From Guillardia theta CCMP2712 (taxonomy: Eukaryota > Protista > Cryptophyta): a DNA stretch of 64,000 nucleotides. The position numbers and the translations under genes are program-made. Below are positions 60,116 to 64,000 of this stretch, piece after piece (position 1 is the first letter of the stretch; every line of letters begins with the position of its first letter). The notes beneath the pieces are model-generated. The model saw only the letters and a program-made list of their open reading frames with translations. It ran no database searches and was not told the DNA's origin. Location of the stretch: the NCBI RefSeq assembly GCF_000315625.1, contig NW_005434539.1, forward strand, positions 3,263-67,262. Reading direction: 5' to 3'.

Positions 60116-62707
60116 TCAGCATGACCTTGTCGTCATTAAGGCGCAGAGAGCTCGCCGCTTCCTGCCATGTCGCCGTGTGTTGACCCTGCGGCACGATGAG
60201 TAGGAGCAGGAGCCTTCACCTCCAGTTAGTTTCACCTGTGACTCCTCCACTCGCGTCATGCTCGTCTTCAGCGTCTCCGTCAGTGTAGCTGACCTGCTGG
60301 ACATGGCAAAGATGGTGACTTGGAGGAGGGAAGGAGGCTCTTCGGACCGGATCACCACAGCTCGCAGGATAGACAGAGAGACAGCGGCCGAGTCAGGGCG
60401 ATGAGAGCAGGGGAGGAAGAGAGTCCGAGCGGAGGACTGGAGCTCAGCAATCTCATGTCCAACAACGTCCATCCACTCAGCGAATCTCTTCCTGTGATAC
60501 AGTGACTCCAGCCTCAGTTTGCACATCTCCTCCATAGTCTCCAGGTGCAGCCGAAGAGACGACACAGCTAGAGCGATCATGTCCTCCAGCTCTTCCTCTT
60601 CGTCCCGCTCTGCTGGATGGGTCTGGCCCTGCGAGGAGGAGATCTCCTCCAAGTCGAGGATGTGCAGCCCTGCTGCGATCTTCTTTTCGAGCACGCTTGT
60701 CGCATCTTTCAAGTTATCTGTTGGCCTTGCAGCCCTAGCTACCTGTCTCGGCTGCTTTTCTTGCAGCATGCTCGTGAACAGGTCCTTGAGCTCTCTATCC
60801 AACTCTGACAGCTGAGAGGAGAGCATGCGGGCTGCGGGTAACACCGACATGTCCTCTAACCCTCCGCTAGGTAGTCGCCTTACAGCAGCCATGGGAGTCA
60901 CGAAACCTTCGCCCATGCCGCCACTTCCCCGTGAGCTCCTACCGCCCGCAAGCTTGTCGAGCCCTGACGAGATTGCGCAGCAGAGCTGCTGGCAGGAGCT
61001 TTGGAGCTCCGGGTGAAACTTGTCGAGTCTGAGGTCAGAGGAGGCGTTGAGGAGGAGGTCGAAGAAGGAGAAGCTGAAGCTCTTGCCTCCAGTCGTCGCC
61101 ATCTCAATCCCGACACACAGCTGGTACAAGTCTGTAAGCAAGCCTCTCAACACCTCCATGCTCTCAGTCATGCCGACTTCGCTCGATCGGACATGCTGCT
61201 TGAAGTACCGATACGTCTCTTGCTTGACCTTGTCGAGCTCATGTCCCATGAAGTTCAGCTCTTTGAAGATCTCGAGCGTGAAGGGGAAGAGCAGAGTCTC
61301 CGACTGCTTCGCCTTGTCAAGCGTCACATAGATTGACTCCAGCTGGGAGCGCAAGGACTTCACTTCCTCGTCGTGCTCTCGAATCATCTCTTGTATCCAC
61401 TCTTGATCATCCTCTGGGTCAGCCGGGCACGTCGCCAAGAGGTGGGGGTTGGCGAGCTGAGAACTATGCTGCCTCTCATTTGACGAGGTTCTTCTGGCAA
61501 ACTCCACCAGCTGGGCTGAGCGGTTGACGTCGAAGCAATGCTCCATCCTCGACACGTCATCAACAGCCTTGACGTGCAGCTTCAGACACTCTTCTGACTT
61601 CTGCTTGACCTTGAAGCTCAAGAACTTGTTCTCGTGCACTGAAGTGCTCAGGGCATGCTCGATGCTCTGGTTTCTTTCTTGCAGCTGCAAAGTTGCTGAC
61701 TGCACCTGCAGCAGACTGCTCTCCACACCGGCAAGTTTCTCTTCAGCACTTCTCAGCTCGTCGCTGAGTTGATAAAACACCCGGTCATTCTCCCACTTAT
61801 TTACAAACAGCCTTCGCTCCATCGACTTGTTCTCTGATTGGAACTTGTCCATGTTGGATGAGTTCTGAGCAGAGAGTTCTTCTAACTCTGCTGTCATCTG
61901 GTAGATAGCGCTGGATGCCTCCTCCAAGTCTTCAGACAGTCGGCTTGTTTCTATCCGGCTCTCGAGCAGCTTCTGCCGCAGAGTTTTGTTCTCCGCTTGC
62001 AAGCTCTGATTCCTCTGCTGCGTCTCGTCCAGCTCCTCCAGCAGCTGGCACTCCTTTTGGCTAGCGTAGTAGAGATCTTGCTTCAGCCTCCACACCTGAT
62101 CCTCGTACATGGACGTCAACTCGTTCTTCTCGACAATGAAGTTCAGCTCCATCTCTCTCGTGAACTCCAACAGCTCTCGCTCCAAGGCCATCATGTCCTG
62201 CTTCGCCCGGTCCGCCATTATCTCACAAGCTCTCTTCACCTCATCCGAGGTCTTGTTGCCGTTCCCGTAAGGATCCCTCCCCCCGTCACTCGCGTCGAAG
62301 CTTTCGCTGTTCGCCTCCTCCACGCTGATTGAGTTTCTTGCTCGCAGCGCCTCCTCTATCGATGATCGTGACGGCGACGTCTTGCTGATCAGCTCATGCC
62401 ACAACCCCAGCTCCCCCTCCGCGCTCCCCCGCCCATCTTCCAACATGTGCGAGCGATTGCGCGAGCGCTCGGGGGTGCGGAGGATCTCGAACTTCTGGGA
62501 GAAGCACTCGCTTACAAGAGGCTCCTGTGCTCTGACGGCTGTCGACGCGTCCGGCGACTCCAAATCAACACTTGAAAGCAAGTCTGAGGACCCGAGGCCG
62601 TCAACAGTTAGTGTGAGATGACTGAAATGCTGGTCAAGAGTCTCATCTAGCGTCTCCCCCGTATCAGCATCTTCTTGCTCAATCGCTCTCTCGTCGCTCT
62701 CCTCCAT
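60116..62707 (-). CDS. Long coiled-coil protein, unknown function
   Basis: 863-aa ORF rich in E/L/Q/S heptads; the 3' end probably continues through spliced exons toward ~59900. Confidence 0.7.
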   Translation of the reverse strand: MEESDERAIEQEDADTGETLDETLDQHFSHLTLTVDGLGSSDLLSSVDLESPDASTAVRAQEPLVSECFSQKFEILRTPERSRNRSHMLEDGRGSAEGELGLWHELISKTSPSRSSIEEALRARNSISVEEANSESFDASDGGRDPYGNGNKTSDEVKRACEIMADRAKQDMMALERELLEFTREMELNFIVEKNELTSMYEDQVWRLKQDLYYASQKECQLLEELDETQQRNQSLQAENKTLRQKLLESRIETSRLSEDLEEASSAIYQMTAELEELSAQNSSNMDKFQSENKSMERRLFVNKWENDRVFYQLSDELRSAEEKLAGVESSLLQVQSATLQLQERNQSIEHALSTSVHENKFLSFKVKQKSEECLKLHVKAVDDVSRMEHCFDVNRSAQLVEFARRTSSNERQHSSQLANPHLLATCPADPEDDQEWIQEMIREHDEEVKSLRSQLESIYVTLDKAKQSETLLFPFTLEIFKELNFMGHELDKVKQETYRYFKQHVRSSEVGMTESMEVLRGLLTDLYQLCVGIEMATTGGKSFSFSFFDLLLNASSDLRLDKFHPELQSSCQQLCCAISSGLDKLAGGRSSRGSGGMGEGFVTPMAAVRRLPSGGLEDMSVLPAARMLSSQLSELDRELKDLFTSMLQEKQPRQVARAARPTDNLKDATSVLEKKIAAGLHILDLEEISSSQGQTHPAERDEEEELEDMIALAVSSLRLHLETMEEMCKLRLESLYHRKRFAEWMDVVGHEIAELQSSARTLFLPCSHRPDSAAVSLSILRAVVIRSEEPPSLLQVTIFAMSSRSATLTETLKTSMTRVEESQVKLTGGEGSCSYSSCRRVNTRRHGRKRRALCALMTTRSC

Positions 62708-63226
62708 TGCAACTAGGGGCAGCTGGACGCTACTACAACCACTGGTCGTACATCCATGTACTGATTCAGTTTGGTTCTAGCTGTCAAGGTCGGTAACAAC
62801 CAATGTGAGGAGCAACAGGAGCTGGTCAAGGTCGCATGAAACAAGAGGCGGTCGGCAGCTGGTCCACCTCGTCTCCTCTCTCCTCTTCCCATCCTCCTCC
62901 CGCCATCTTCATCACCTTAGTGAGATATTCCTCCATGCCCGAGTTTCCGTCCGGCACGCAAGGACCTACTAGACCTACACGAGGCTGCGCCGAGCCTGCA
63001 TCTCATTGACACTGAAGTAGCCGCCGGGCGGCCGTACGGTCGTGACAGCAGTGCCCACACTAGCAGAGGTCAGACGAGAACTGATGGGTCAAGCAGATCA
63101 AGGGAGTGAAAGAAATCATGTGGTGCAATTTAGTTCAGATTCATATCTTTTCAACAAGACGTGAACTCTAGAGCCGGAATCAGTTAGTTTGGCACAAGAC
63201 GAGAAGCTCACTGGAGCTACGCTAGC

Positions 63227-64000
63227 TCAGCACATGAACCCTCCCGAGTCGTCGCGGCCATCAGGCCCAGGCATTCCGCCCGCGCCACCTCGACCAGCTG
63301 GAACTTTGTACATGTTGGCCGGAGACATGGGCCCCTTCTGTCCAGGAGGCATCTGTTGCTGCTGCATCGGGCGACCGCCCGGTGCCTGGTGAGGCTGTGC
63401 ACGACCAGCCTGCAAGCGAAGACAGTTAAAACCAAACCTGGAAAGGAACATAGCAAGAGGAGGAACAAGGGAGGACAAGAAGGAATCACCTGATTATAAA
63501 CCTTGTCAGAGATGTTGGGGCGACCCTGGCTCTCGTGAAGCGAAGGAGTGAACACCTGATTTGCGCCGAGGGTGGTCGGGTTGGCATCCGACGGGCCATG
63601 CTTGTCATGGGAGGAGTGGTTGGCAATCAACCTCTGTGGCTGTCGAGATGCCTCAGAGCAAGCCTTGGTCAGGTGAAGGTTCCAGTCGAACTTGTCGTAT
63701 TTGATAATGAAGTTGTTGGATCGCGCCACGTCCATGAGCTCCTCCTTCATTCCTTCCGGCATGAATGAAGCATAGTAGGCCTACAGACATGTCAGGATCC
63801 CTAAGCATGCCGCATCAACTCTCTTACAAGGATCTCCTGCTTATTGAAGCCGAAGTCATCTTTGTACCACTTGAAGATCTTTGGCAGGACGACTTCGCAC
63901 ACTCTTCGCCCCGAGCCCGAGAAGGACGCAGCCTGCTGCATGCGGAGGCGGTTCTTGGGGGCATTGGTTGTCAAATATTCTATCGCAGCCTGTTGCAAGG
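63227..64000 (-). CDS. 3' part of a DUF547-like protein; 5' end outside the window
   Basis: LPKIFKWYKDDFG..EIL/AYYASF..IKYDKFDWNL is typical of the region after DUF547; Q/P/G-rich tail ending GGFMC*. Confidence 0.7.

Noticed and set aside
1-64000. tRNA, rRNA, transposase, reverse transcriptase or viral genes
   Set aside because: No recognisable signatures seen by eye; tRNAscan-SE, Infernal and HMM searches would be needed to exclude them formally.

Overview
Gene-dense eukaryotic nuclear DNA with short GT-AG introns, many filled with microsatellites, and one 100-N scaffold gap at 37387-37486. The gene families and plastid-type and flagellar genes suggest a cryptophyte alga of the Guillardia/Hanusia type; this is inference, not a database result. 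About 20 protein genes can be read. They include an mTERF, three HTH+AT-hook paralogs with a shared 'KTVRDIW' motif, an RIIa/EF-hand (RSP7-like) protein, an iGluR-like receptor, a QSOX-like Trx-Trx-Erv oxidase, Elongin B, a TPT-family translocator, NRAMP, WDR35/IFT121, two RWP-RK genes, SERP1/RAMP4 and a DUF547-like partial gene. Three things stand out. (1) A ~9.7-kb gene appears to fuse two complete 6TM-CNBD-ankyrin channel modules with non-canonical filters. (2) A single-domain voltage-gated channel has nested PH domains and an AFGKW filter. (3) In the non-coding DNA, very GC/CpG-rich islands sit upstream of most genes and carry copies of one ~45-bp AT-rich element. One pair of copies forms a MITE-like inverted repeat, and other copies are progressively interrupted by short inserted words. 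Exon boundaries were read by eye and are approximate.
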